In this document: one piece after another, positions 47,312 to 60,491 of the stretch
Numbering within the stretch: position 1 is the first letter of the stretch
Layout: each line of letters opens with the position of its first letter
Source of the DNA: Heteronotia binoei
Taxonomy: Eukaryota
DNA: 64,000 bases
Reading direction: 5' to 3'
Assembly: GCF_032191835.1 (NCBI RefSeq)
Contig: NC_083233.1
Coordinates: forward strand, 30,194,001-30,258,000
Notes under the pieces: generated by a model
Told to the model about the DNA's origin: nothing
What the model saw: the letters and a program-made list of their open reading frames with translations, nothing else
Database searches by the model: none
Program-made: the position numbers and the translations under genes

Positions 47312-48073
47312 GATAATTCGGCCCTTCCCAGCCGAGCGGACAATCGGCCGCCCTAGGCTGGGGGCTGTCCATTGCCTCCCCTGTAGGAGGCGAGACAATG
47401 GTTTGACCCGCAACAGCCAGGGGCGGGCAGCCTTATATAGGCTGGCCCAGCCCCTTGTGGCGCAGTTGCTTTCAGGGTTTGTCAGCCCGCCCGCCCGTCA
47501 TGCAGTGCAGGCACAGGCTGGTCACCAGGTTTATGGGGCCAGGTAGGAATTTTTCGTTTTCAAGTATATTGGCTTGACTTGGGAGTGTTTTCGCCTACCT
47601 TGCACTGCAGAAGGAGTGTTGGCAGATTGGCTCGAGGTGGGGCCGTTTAATTTGGTCACTGGCGGTTTGTTATGTTGGGAACATGTTCTTCTGGGGTTTC
47701 GGTGAGCTCCCTTGGCAACGCACCGTTTGGGTGCACGGTCTCCCTGGGGTGACCTAAGCTGCACGGCTCAAGGTTGGCTTCAGGGAACCTCGTGATCCCG
47801 CCGCTAGGGAGTCGTCCACATCCCAGGCTGCACGGCTGGGACAGGGTGGAGCTCGGCGAACGGGATCTCGTGCCTGGCTGGCCGGGCCTGAGCCGTTGGG
47901 TTGGCTCAGGCTTGGGGCTTTGGGGCTCGCCCAGTTCTCAGGTTAAGGAGGTGGTCAGCGGTATGACCCCTGGCTCAACCTGACCCCAATTTTTCCCTTT
48001 GCCGTTAAGTTCAATAAAGTGGTCCTTTATCCAACATGGTTGTATGTCTCGTTATTCCGAATGGGGGGGCAAT
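47312..48073 (+). mobile_element. Non-coding 762-bp relative of the YR retrotransposon (solo terminal-repeat or non-autonomous copy)
   Basis: GC/CpG-rich island; GGGGCGGG then TATATA (47434-47439); AATAAA (48013-48018); 3' ~130 nt resembles the 3' end of the 30186 element (gcggt..tgacccct, aataaagtgg, ttatt..ggggg.gcaat); AATG at both junctions. Confidence 0.7.
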
Positions 48074-48398
48074 GTAGCTTCCAGAATTCTGCTCATCCAG
48101 ATTAATGTATGTTCAGTTTGCTGCAGGATTCAGTGATCGCTTAAGCACAGCAACAAGTTTTAACATTCACTTTTCTGCTACTGGAAACTCTTTTAGGTTT
48201 ATCATGTGCCCACCTGTGGTGGGTAAACTGCAGTGCCACTCTCTGTTTGCAATCAACTGAGCAGCAACAGCAGAAGAAAAAAATATGAGAGAGTGGCATC
48301 ATGGATGCTTTTCCAGGCAATCACCCAGAAGTGATGTCACAGAGAATGCAGTACTCTAGAGATGTCTTCTAATTGCTATGGTCTTTATCATACCATGC

Positions 48399-48560
48399 AC
48401 ATAAGAACATAAGAGAAGCCATGTTGGATCAAGCCAATGGCCCATCCAGTCCAACACTCTGTGGCCAAAAAACAACACACAGTGGCCAAAAACAAACTAA
48501 CAAACCAACAGCTGTCATCAGGAGATCCATCAGTGGGGCCAGGACACTAGAAGCCCTCCT
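48399..48560 (-). mobile_element. CR1 LINE 3' end
   Basis: acataagaacataagagaagccatgttggatc terminus. Confidence 0.8.
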
Positions 48561-49475
48561 GTGGCAGTGCACTTAAAACCAACTTTTATTTGGTTTTGAT
48601 TGCTGATTGTGTGATGCTCCCCCTCCCTAGGCTTCATCACCAAAAGGCTCCTGGAAATTTCAGGCACAAGGCTGGCAATCCTGGGCTCACTGGATCCTGT
48701 CTATTCATCCCTAAGCCAGAGGCAAAGAAATTTGCCTTGACTCACAACAGACCACAGGAAGCTGTATTATATGGGCAAAAGGTGAGTTTTATTGCATATT
48801 CTCACATTTTAATAATCCACTTTTTTCTTTAATACAGATACTCTCTGTCATTTGACACATATTTGCATTTGAGCAGGAAAACCAAGAGGTACAGTTAACA
48901 CAAAAGATCCACTGTCCTTTGAATCATGCTGTTTTTGTTCCAAGTTGAATGGCATTTAAGGGTGTTCAGTATTTTTTAAAAAATCAACTTTAAACTTTTC
49001 TGCCACAGGAACTCTAAATAGAATACAACTTATTATACATCTGTTCAGATCATGGCCATATATGTTTTAATCTTCTGTGAGGCAAACACTGATGAAGTGT
49101 TGGAGTGATTGTTTGATAAATGGTGACACTGGAGGTATGAGCTAACCCCACTTCTCCACATAACCTCTTTCAGTGTTCCTTATAGTTACTGTGTAGCACC
49201 TTAAAATATACTGGTGATCCATTCATGGATCGTCCAATGAGTGAACTTTTTTTTTTACCTCATATGAGTCATTTATCCATTTACACAGATTCCCAGACTT
49301 TCTCCCATGTGTATTATAGCACCATGCCTAACTTCCAGTAGTTTGCACAGGCAATTTTTGTAGCCATCAACAAATTCATAGCACAAATCTTTTCTTCACA
49401 CTGACATTTTGCACAAGTACAATAAATACAGCTTTACATTTTCTTTTTCACAGTCTGCCAAGACATCACTGATTA

Positions 49476-49674
49476 TAGGGTTGCCAGCTCCAGCTAAAGG
49501 CATTCCTGGATATTTGGAGGAAGTGTCCAGAGGGCAAGCTCAGCTGGGCTTTGATGCCATAGAGCCTGCCCTCTAAAGCTATCATTTCCCCCCAAGGAAA
49601 CTGGGCTATGTAGTCTGGAGATTAGCTGTAATTTCAGCAGAACTGCAAGACCTACCTGGAGCTTCACAACCTTA
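49476..49674 (+). mobile_element. Family B hAT MITE
   Basis: TAGGGTTGCCAGCTC start and family core. Confidence 0.7.
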
Positions 49675-49806
49675 TATCTCAGGATCTAGAAGCTTTGATA
49701 ACTGGGGCATTGCCAAAAGTTTGTGTGTTAACAAAAGAACACTTCCAATGGTTGATCAATATTTTCAATAATTACTCCATTGACTTCCAATGCTGTTCCA
49801 CCAAAA

Positions 49807-50098
49807 AGGTAAAGGTAGTCCCCTGTGCAAGCACCAGTTGTTTCCGACACTGGGGCGATGTCGCATCACAATGTTTTCATGGCAGACTTTTTACAGGGTG
49901 GTTTGCCATTGCCTTCCCCAGTCATCTACACTTTATCCACAGCAATCTGGGTACTCATTTTACCAACCTCGGAAGGATGGAAGGCTGAGTCAACCTTGAA
50001 CCGGCTACCTGAACCCAGCTTCCACCAGGATCAAACTCAGGTCATGAGCAGAGCTTGGACTGCAGTACCGCAGCTTACCACTCTGCGCCACGGGGCTC
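49807..50098 (-). mobile_element. Sauria SINE
   Basis: Reverse complement ggagccccgtggcgcagagtggtaagctgcgg head; aaggtaaagg tail; matches 27439-27707. Confidence 0.9.
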
Positions 50099-52908
50099 CT
50101 TTCACTAGGAACATTCAATGTTCTACTAGGAACACTGAAATGCAGCTGTTTATATTTTTCTTAGGCTGATTTTAAAGCACACTGTTGGTACCTTCCTATA
50201 CTATGATATTCTATGCCAGGAAGGTAATTGCCTTTCTGCTGCAAAGACTTCTTATGGAGAATTCAAAGGGCCATTCTCCTGCTCCCCATTGCTGTCATGA
50301 GGCTACTACAGAACATTGCAAACATTAATTCTGAATGGGAGTCAAAAGGGCTATAAGCACTCAGGTGTTGAAGAACCCCCAAAATTGAACCTTGATGCTT
50401 TATTCATCTTCAGCAGCATTTATTTCCCATCTTTTTTTGCACTTAGACACTTAGACAGCACTCAATAATTTCAGTGATGGGCCCAGTGAGACATCTGGAG
50501 CACAAGTAAATTAATACTGAGAGACATGTAATGCAAAAATAACCCCAACAACAGAACTTCAAGTCTCACTTCTAGGGAGAGGAGAGAATCCAACCAACCA
50601 ATGCTTTTATTTATTATGCATATAATGATGTTTTTCATCTTGAAAACTCATACCAGCTTACATACCGCTCCTAGGGTTTCTTCCATATAGACAGCCTTTG
50701 GCCAAACAGTTGTCACCTTCATAGTAAAGCAGTATCATGTGCCCATATGCAATTCTATGAGCCACCTGCCATTCACCACATCAACACTTGTTAACATGTC
50801 CAACATACCGCACAATTTTGGTTGCGTTTGCTGGCCAAGGGGCACTGTGCTCTAATGTTCACCACCTATATTTGAAGCTACCTTCAACTATGCTAGATCA
50901 CTGGTATATCCAGCATAGTAGCATCTATTCAAGATGGCAATGAGACTGGGATTTCACACAGAGTCCTTTCCGGGAGACTCTGTTTCTGGGGATCTTCTGC
51001 ATGCAAAAGCTGTACTCTTACCACAGAGATATATGGCCTCTTCCCACATCATGGAATGTGATTGCATCTCATTGGATAGCATATCTATAGCCGTCACACT
51101 CCTCTTAACTTTTGTCAATCTCACTGGAGCATGGTTTGGGCCGGGGGTTGTTCATGCTACATATTTCAATTTGATCCAGCTGTCTTGGATAAAGCAGGGC
51201 TGTACATTTTTCAGTTATACAGAACTATTCTTCACATATCAATCTGTACAGTGAAACCAGAAAGCTCCCTACTTTGCCATACTTTAACTAATTTGAATGA
51301 TATATTTTTGGGATAAACATTAATGCCATGACCAACAGTCTTTATTACTTACCTTTTATAAGATCTTAAGCCATTTGGGTATTCTCATTAATTTATGCAG
51401 CTAAAGAATGTCGATAACCGATGTCATACATCTATGCCAGAAGTATTATGAGCAGTATGTTATCAAGCACATAAAATTCTGAATTCAATGTGCATCACAA
51501 CAAATTTCCACCAAATATGAATGTTTTGTGGATTAATTCTTTGCATCCTTAACTGTGCTGAATAAATTGCTAACAAGTATTAAATTAACGGTTACAATCA
51601 AATTACCCCATTACTTCTAATGATAGATACAATGAGTTTGGCATTTCAATATGGGCCACTTGCATGCCTAAAATATATAAAAATGTCTGATTCCCCTTTC
51701 TTGGGGGGGGGGGGGTTGGCAACATTCCTGACAAAGACAGAAATCTTAATGGTGCAAATACAAGTGCATGCATATGCGTGTGCACACACACACAACTATT
51801 TCTTCTTGCATTTTGAGCAATGAAAACAAGTAGGTTGTCAAAGCAAAAACATTATTTAAAGCTTTTTCTTAAAAAGAAGAATTCTCACTCTATTAAAAAG
51901 TCATCTGAGGCAAATAACAGTTTCTTAACACGGTACAGTGAGCAAGTGATGGACCTAAATATACTATTACCCAGTTAACATTACTAAGAATTGTTGGAAA
52001 TGAAAGACCAACTAGGACGAACACCACTCTCATGAGGAAGTCAACATTTTCCCCTTGTAATGGACAATTAACTACCCTCAAATAATCCCACAAGCCTTCC
52101 CTTAGTTATTCTTTCAAGTGTGATCTACAAGCTAGAGAATGTGTGAGTCAAAATAGAGAGAGTATAATTACTGGGGCAGGGAGACTGTAGCCAAAACCTT
52201 CAGTGGGAGAGAAGAACTAATCCATGGGGCATCGTATCAACATCTTCACTGAAGACAGAGTAGGGAATAGAACAAAGCAAGTACAGTGGGATCTCTTCAA
52301 ATGTACACATTTGTGTACATGGTCCTTTTGCATGTCCTACCTACCCATATGACAGCCTGCAATCTCATAGTGGGAACTGCAATGTCAATTTGAAAGTGAA
52401 AGAGCAAACAGAAGTTGGTAAAAGATAGAAACTGTGTCTGTAAATTCCAAAGGAGGAATATTCCTCTGCAGGAATGTGAAAAGAAAAAAAATTAGCATGC
52501 TTCAGTACTCCAAAGAAAATTCAGCTCCCTAGTGTAAAGTGTTTCTGTTGTAGCTTTGCCTGCTAGAATTGTAATTCAGGGTCCTAATGAAATGGGTTTG
52601 TGAATAATTCAATATCAAAAATCAAGGGAAGACTCCCTTTTAGGGTTGCTAGCTATCTGCTGCCAATCTCTGGGGACTTTGGGGGTTAGGCAGGTGTAAT
52701 GCCACAGTGTGCAACGCCACCATGTCACTTCCAGTTGTGTACCTGGAAGTGATGCCATGGGCCTGTACTAGCTGGTGATTAATTCATTCTCTTATGTTAC
52801 CCCATAAGAAGTTTTTTGTTGTCACTGTTGTTTTAAATGCATGTCAGAGGGAGCTACTTGCACTATTTGTATCTTGAAGTTAATGTGTTATAGATGAAGA
52901 ATGTACAT

Positions 52909-53174
52909 AAGATGATGGATTTATATCCCACCGTCCACTCTGAATCTCAGAGTTACATGCAAACTCCTTAACCTCCCCTCACCCCCAACAGACACCCTGT
53001 GAGGTAGGTGGGGCTGAGAGAGCTCTCCCAGAAGCTGCCTTTTCAAGGACAATTCTGTGAGAGCTATGGCTAACTCAAGGCCATTCCAGCAGCTGCAAGT
53101 GGAGGAGTGGGGAAACAAGCCCGGTTCTCCCAGATAACAATCCGCACACTTAACCACTACACCAAACTGGCTTT
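52909..53174 (-). mobile_element. Squam3-like SINE
   Basis: Matches family consensus. Confidence 0.85.
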
Positions 53175-54624
53175 CTATAAGCATCAACCATTGTGCAGAT
53201 TCACTAGATACTAGGCATCAGGAAGATTATTTCAAATTAGAAGCATGAATAGTCTAGTCAATAAAATAAAATAATCTTCAGATGATGATGGAGAATGCTA
53301 CCCACAGAATATGCCTGATGACCAAATGGAGCGATATATGAAATGCCCTGCTTATTCTATGATCCTAGTAACATTCTCCAATGTCATTTGAATATCAAGC
53401 ACCATGAAAAAAATCCTTTCCCCATGCTTTTGTGCAGATCCTCCACAATATCCAAAGATATGAAAAAATGCTGTTGTTCACACATGTCTTCTAATTACAT
53501 TCCAGCTCCTTGGGCCCTACATAAGATACATGCAGCTTGGATATGATGCATGGCTACAGATGCTAAGAAGCCATTTGTATGAGCTGGTAAATCCACTTTG
53601 TACCTGTTTTTGATGAGTGGGTAGCACAACTCCTAGAACGAGCATCCAAAGGATATATTAACAATGACCTACTCTACCTCAAAAAAAGTATGTGCCTTCT
53701 TTTGCAGGTCTGGCTTTGGATACAGGATTTAACCTTGAAATAGCCACTCTGCGTGCTCTTGGTAGTTAGAGATGAATGTATAGAGTAAGGTTGACAACAC
53801 ACATGGAATGCCCAAGGGCCAGATGTGCACTGGACGCTCACCCATTCCCATCCAAAACAGCAACCTCTCTCCCTCTCCCTCACTCTTTTATGGTAAAGGA
53901 TATTCAGTCGCTAATTTCCTGGCATTAGAGAGGTACAAAGTTCCTGCATATAAATGGGATGCCGGTGGGTGTTGAGAAAGTACGGTTTTAGAAGTGCGCG
54001 CCGCCATAAATTTCTCTGACACTTATATAACCGCGCTCTAATCTCAATGCTCATGGTGTGCAAAGTAGCGAGAGCCATAAATGTTATTATATGCTACTCA
54101 TTAATATGCAAAGGTGAACCTTCACATTCTTTGCACATTGTCTGAGCCGCTTGATGAGCCATTCACGGACTGCTTAAACTGCCTTCAGCTAGTGGTGCAG
54201 AGTGATGCAGCACACTTGGTTGAGGTTATTTATTTATTTATTGCTGGTCCCTGCTATGGAACAGGTATATAAATTAGACATCTGCTCTTAAAGGAACATG
54301 AATGGCATGCAGCAGTTCCATCCTGCCTCCAAGCTCCCCTTCAAAGCATGGTTTAAATATTGTGCTTGGCTTTCTCTAACCCCCCCCCCCCCCCGCAAAG
54401 TATAAATGGGTATTTTCTAGGAAGCACCATCCGCTTTACCAAAACCTTTCCTTGTATAGAGAGCAAGCCTGTTGTATTGTTGTGTGAGCTGTGAATGGGA
54501 GGCTGAAGTCCCCAGTTCAAAGGCCGTCTTAACTATGGTGGCTCTCAGAAGGCCTTTACCCTGAGGCTCAGTATGTTGACCTCCAATAAAGTAGTTAGCA
54601 AAAAGTACTTTAGATGGTCACATA

Positions 54625-55143
54625 CACATGCAGCTGCTCTATACCATCGGCCCATCTAGATTGCTATTGTCTATTCATATTGTAGTGGCAGTCCAGCATC
54701 TCAGGGAGACATCTTCTACATCACTAAATAGGAGTTTGACAGAGATATGGTGCCACAGAGTCCATGAAGCTCCCATTCTTTCCAGAGGAAGTGACTGCTA
54801 TAGCCTTAGAGATCAATTGTATTTCTGGGAGAACGCCACACTCCACCTGGAGATTGGCACTTTTTTAGGTTTTCCCATCACTACTCCTGATTCTGCTCAG
54901 CTGCTATACTACATTATTTTCTTGCTAAGGGACATGATCTACATCAATATGGGGACCAGAACGCTGACCTACCTTAAAAAATTTATGAACTTTTTCTACT
55001 CTGTCTAGTCTGACCAGCAGTCTCCATTCTTCCAGGCAGAAATCTATCTCCTCCATGCTTCCAGAAATCTTTTGAAGTGGAAATGCTGGTGACCAACGCT
55101 GGGATTTTATACATGCTCTTCCACTGAGCTATTGTCCTCCCTG
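54625..55143 (-). mobile_element. Degenerate Squam2-like SINE pieces
   Basis: catgcagctgctctatac...ggcagtccagcatctcaggg tail and gctcttccactgagctattgtcctcc head. Confidence 0.45.
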
Positions 55144-56428
55144 CAGGGTTAGTGTAAGAAACGCTGAGACAGTGAACATAAAGACCTTTGAATTGTCAAA
55201 ACCAAAACAAAACATGGTTTTGCTTAACTACAGAAGGCATTTCAACCACACCCTGTTCTGACATGAATCTGGTATTTTGAGGGCAAAATATTTTTCTGTT
55301 GTTGCTGCTGCTGTTTTGTGGGGAAATATTTTTAAACAGCCTAAAAAAAAGCCCTTTCTTTTAGAATTAATATCAGAAGTTCTTCAGAGAGATTTATTTT
55401 ATTCGTTTTTTAGAAAGAGAAGCACAATCCTTGCTTGATTAGCATCAGAGTTTTCACCGAACTCTGGAAATAACAGGAATGCGAAGGCATTGTCTGAAGT
55501 CTTCTCCCCACGGCTTTGGATGGGGTCTCCTTACTTCTGTCCCTCCATGGTGGTCTCCATTGAATTCCCCATGAAAAAAATGAGCATTATTTAAAAATGC
55601 TTATTTTACCACAAGTCAGGAAGCTGGTGAAATGCCCTCAGAGACTGAGCAAATCCCCCAGATCAATCAGCATGCCATATCAATAGCCAGACAATTCTGA
55701 CATAATCTTACTTTATCTCTCTCCACACATGTGCACATCTGGAACACCTTCCCAAGTGCAAAGGCATCTTTCAGCACTTATGTACAAATGTATGACAGAA
55801 TTCTAAAGTTTATGGTTCAAAGTGTTAATAGTTGCACTAGTCCCACAGGATAACCAACTAGCACGGGCCAACAGCTCACATTATCCCAAATCTGATTATG
55901 ATCACTGAGGATGGGGCACTTAGAAAGTTCAGATGCTTTTGACATCGAAAGTAACCATGGGGTCCCTCAAAGCCCCCCCCCCTCCACCTCAACCTATTTA
56001 CCAACTGCTCTGCTGTGCTTGTAGTGTTGTCAGTCAACATGCCAACTGGAAGGAAGAATCTCTTCCCTCCTCCATTCATTTCACCAATAGCTGAAGTACT
56101 TGGTGCTCTCTGGGAAATGTAGTTCCCAGCAGGTCTGATATTCAGATGTGAAATATCCTGGGTATTATATTTCCCAGGGTGCTGATAAAACAGGATGATG
56201 TCCAGTTCCTTCTTTCATCCCTGACAGAGGGCTCGCTGGTTTGCTACTATCATCATTGTACATAGCAAATCAGTATGTTTAGTCCTCAAGCAATAGGTAA
56301 GCTGCAGAGAGGAGGAGAGGGGGGAATTTTTCTGGACTGGAGGCATCATTTGAACCACAGACAATTTTGAGGCCATTCTAAATTCACAGTATAATCTTTG
56401 GAGCTACAAAAGGTGGTGGCATTGCTCT

Positions 56429-56698
56429 AAGAAGAAGAATTGCAGATTTATACCCCACCCTTCTCTCTGAATCAGAGACTCAGAACAGCTTACAATCTCC
56501 TATATCTTTTCCCCCACAACAGACACTCTGTGAGGTGGGTGGGGCTGAGAGGGTTCTCACAGCAGCCACCCTTTCAAGGACAACCTCTGCCAGAGCTATG
56601 GCTGATCCAAGGCCATTCCAGCAGGTGCAAGTGGAGGAGTGGGGAATCAAACCCGGTTCTCCCAGATAAGAGTCCGCACACTTAACCACTACACCAAA
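56429..56698 (-). mobile_element. Squam3-like SINE
   Basis: Matches family consensus; (AAG)n tail. Confidence 0.88.
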
Positions 56699-56959
56699 GT
56701 GTTTGATTATTTATTTATAAATTCAATTTATAGATTGTCCTCCCTTGTTCTCAAGGTGATGTACAACAATTCCAATTGGGAGCAAAGAAAAAAGATATAC
56801 AGGCATGGCCTATGCACTAGAAGGAGTTCAGATTAACTTCAGATCTTTTAGTTGCTAATTCCACATTCCTGCTGTGCAACCTCCCTTCCCAATATAATGC
56901 AGTGACCACCCCATCAATAGAACCCTTTTCATGTGCTGTCATACAATGAATTACTACTT

Positions 56960-57560
56960 AGGGTGGGAGCAGATACAGCCGGGGCTACGCGGACTGCACT
57001 GGCTGCCAGTGGTATACCGAGTTCGTTACAAAGTGCTGGTTATCATCTTTAAAGCCCTATATGGCCGAGGACCTGCCTACCTGAGGGACCATCTCTCCCC
57101 ATATGAGCCCCAGAGAGCGCTGAGGTCAGCTGGAAAAAAACAGCTGAATATCCCTGGGCCAAGGGAGGCCAGATTGAAGGCCACCCGGGATCGGGCCTTC
57201 TCTATTGCAGCTCCACTGCTGTGGAATCAACTCCCGGAGGAGGTGCGGGACCTATGATGCTTAGATCAATTCCGTAGGGCCTGTAAGACCCACCTCTTCA
57301 AAATAGCCTTCAACTAACGACAAGCTAGGAAAGTGCCGCTGAAAATGCTTTTAGCTTCTGAATTCTATTGAAGAACTAATGTTTATAGCACCATATTGTT
57401 AATTGTTAATGTTAATTTTAAAATAATCTGTAAACTGTTTTTAACCATGATTTTATAAGTATAACTCGATGTATAATGTATTTTTATGTTGTGAGCCGCC
57501 CTGAGCCTGCCTTGGCGGGGAGGGTGGGATAGAAATAAAAAGTTATTATTATTATTATTA
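56960..57560 (+). mobile_element. L2 LINE 3' fragment, relatively young
   Basis: LHWLPVVYRVRYKVLVIIFKALYGRGPAYLRDHLSPY...RAFSIAAPLLWNQLP; 3' tail gtgagccgccctgag and (ATT)n. Confidence 0.93.
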
Positions 57561-59764
57561 AAACTGCATTCCCTCAGCATTGGATAAATCACAAACTATT
57601 AGTGAGACATCCATTCATACTTTCCACTAAAATGATTGATTTTACAGGAATCAAAAGCACTTTTGGCCTTTTCAAGACACACACACAAAGAGAGAAAGAA
57701 TAACAAGTCTCTCCAGTAGTTTAAAACAAAACAAAACAACAACATTGTGTTTAAGCATATTAGAGCTACTGGGGGGTGGAATATCAGGGGGAAAGTACAA
57801 CTCCAACACAGAGAACTCAGTCCAGGACTCTGGGCGGAAAGTATTTGGTTTCAGTTAAAAAGAAGGATAGTCAAAGAGAGAACTTGTGAATCATAATCAA
57901 ATTGCTAAAACCAGGTCTCCATCTTTGGCCTTCAAAGCCACCATACTGTAGACTTCTGGTAGGAACAAGACTGTGTGTCTGCATGACAGGAGAGGACTTG
58001 AAGCTGAGTTGCAGCAGCATCACTTTGAATAATAGCCTCAGTTGTCTTGAGGACCAAACATGCTGACTTGCTAAGTAGGTGGAGTGGTGAGATAATTAAG
58101 CGAAAATTAAAAGTATTAAAATGATTTAAATCCAGCTCAAGAAGTTTAAAGTTAGCACAGGGCTTAAGTCTCATATTCCTGAAGTCCACCGAGATGCCTC
58201 TCTAATAAAACAGAGCAGATGGAAAACTAAATGCAATCAGAGCTTAAATGATCCCCCTCTTTAGTCAAACAGCCTAAAGGGCTCAAGGGCAGCAAAACAT
58301 ATTGATGCTCTGTGCCCAAGGAGTAATGCAAGCAATGTTTCTGGTGCAATGTAAGTGGCGGCCGAATGTACCATTTGCTTTCATTTCTGGAATCCTCGCA
58401 AACACACTTAAAAGTATAATCTTTACTGTTGATTTCTGTTGTCTCTCAAATCAAACCCCTATAGTCCTGCATGGCTGGTATAATCCGGACCTGCATATTT
58501 TTTTTTCTCACTTGGATGCTGCTTTTGCCTCTTCACAGTTTGTAGCATTAATCAAGGGTTCAGTATCATGGGGCATTGTAGTAAGGCACACAATGCACAA
58601 AGACCACTGCATTAAAACAATAAAACATCTTTCTAGGCATATGAACCACCACTCCCAAGTAGAAACTGTAAAACAATATCAATACAGAACATTCAAAGTG
58701 AGCATTTTTGAGCACTCAGGAATGCCACTTGAAATGCAGTACTCATAGGAGGGAAGTTTAAGAGTGCACATTCGGTTATTTCTGAACTGAAATTAAGTTC
58801 AAAATTAGCTTTTTTGGGGGGGTTGGCTTGAGGACATCCAAAATTACTCCAAAACGTCTCAAAAAGTCTAGGAGTAGTGACAATTATTTTGGATTTTCAG
58901 AAATTTGTCAGGGAAGCAGCAGGAGCAGGGAGGGATGGAAGGAAGGAAAGAGAGGAAGTGTTTCTTGCCCCCCCACCCCCCATTCCATAGAACATCATCT
59001 CTTTAAATTGTGTTATGTTCAATGGACAGACCTGGCCTCCAAACACCACTACTGATTACTTTCTGGGTGGTGGGGGGAAGGCTTCAAAAATCACTCCAGA
59101 GAACTATTGGAACTACACAGAACTGACAGACAACCGAGCAGCTAAATAAATTGGGATAGTATTGAAATAGATGGACTTGAAGAATTAATTCATATCACGA
59201 ACTGGTAGATTTTTTTTAATAGACCTTGTAAAGAAATCTTGGCTGCAATTCAGGTTTTCAGTAATCTCTGGGTTATTGTTCTCTAAATAATATACAATAA
59301 TGCACTTAACATAAACTTGAAACAAGCCTCCCATGCAATGGTGTTACTATTAAGTGATTATAACCATGGACTATTTCCCATTCATTGTATTTTTTTTTTC
59401 CCAATTACTCTTACTTGCTCCTAGAGGATTGACAATTCTGTTTATTCTCTGTACAGGAAAAGAACTCCACTGCCCAGAGGCAACTTGGTGTCAAGGGAAA
59501 TGTGAACTGGATAGATCCTTCTACACTTGTTGATTATCGTCTTGGTATTTTATATTAAGGCAGAACAACCTGACACATTTCATATCAAGGAACTATGTTT
59601 TGGTTTTGTCCTATTCAGGTATTTTTATTAAGGCCCACCTTTGGGTATAATGAAGTTTGCAACACGGTTCTGCCTCCTGGAGGAACAGTCTTCAGACAAC
59701 AAGGAAAAACAGTTTACTAGTAACATGTGTTTGTTATATACAGTGATATAATTGAAACAACTTG

Positions 59765-59930
59765 GTTGGAGTGTCTAGCTAAGAGCTGGGAGATCCATGG
59801 TCATCTCTCTACTCTGCCATGGAAGCTGTTGATCTGTTTCATTTTAGATAACCATCTCACAGGGCTACTGTGAGGATAAACTAAGGGAGAGAGGGGTATA
59901 TATGCTGCCATGAACATCCTGGAGGAAAGA
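59765..59930 (+). mobile_element. Old MIR-like SINE
   Basis: ctcacagggctactgtgaggataaa core; tRNA-like head remnant. Confidence 0.55.
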
Positions 59931-59932
59931 TC

Positions 59933-60058
59933 CAGGTGGGCAGCCGTGTTGGTCTGAAGCAATAGAACAAAGCTGGAGTCTAGTGTCACCTTTAAGACCA
60001 ACAAAGTTTTATAGAGAACGAAAGCTGTTGTGTGCTAAAAGCACACTTCAGCAGACAA
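59933..60058 (-). repeat. Penelope-type terminal repeat
   Basis: ccaggtgggcagccgtgttggtctgaagcaatagaac...cctttaagaccaacaaag...gtgtgctaaaagcacacttcagcaga. Confidence 0.65.
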
Positions 60059-60491
60059 AGAAATGGGATACAGTTAGCAGTGCTACGTATAGCTTGTGGG
60101 TTGTGGTTAAACATGCAAAATAGTATAAAGTTAAAGTCCAATGGCAAGTTAGTGAAATTAACAATTTAAAAGAATAACGTCTGGATAGTATGAGTTGTGT
60201 GGGAAAACAGCCAAAGGCAATGAACTTGTCACAATTGGAGAATGATGCTGAGAATAGCAATAAATGTTAATTCTTTATCTTGGAGGAAAGGTGGGATATA
60301 AATGTACTAGATAGATTAAATGTTATACCATTCTGCACTTCAGAAAAAAACCTCATCCAATTGCTCTGACATGGAGGGACATGTTTTCAGATGTCATAAC
60401 GAGGTCTTATTATTGGAGAACAGGGTTGCCAGACTCAGTAGTATTGCATAATGTCAGGAGACATTCAAGATGTTTAATGCTGCTATATCAT

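Noticed and set aside
56931-57257. 108-aa ORF as a host gene
   Set aside because: It is the C-terminus of L2 LINE ORF2, followed by the L2 3' tail
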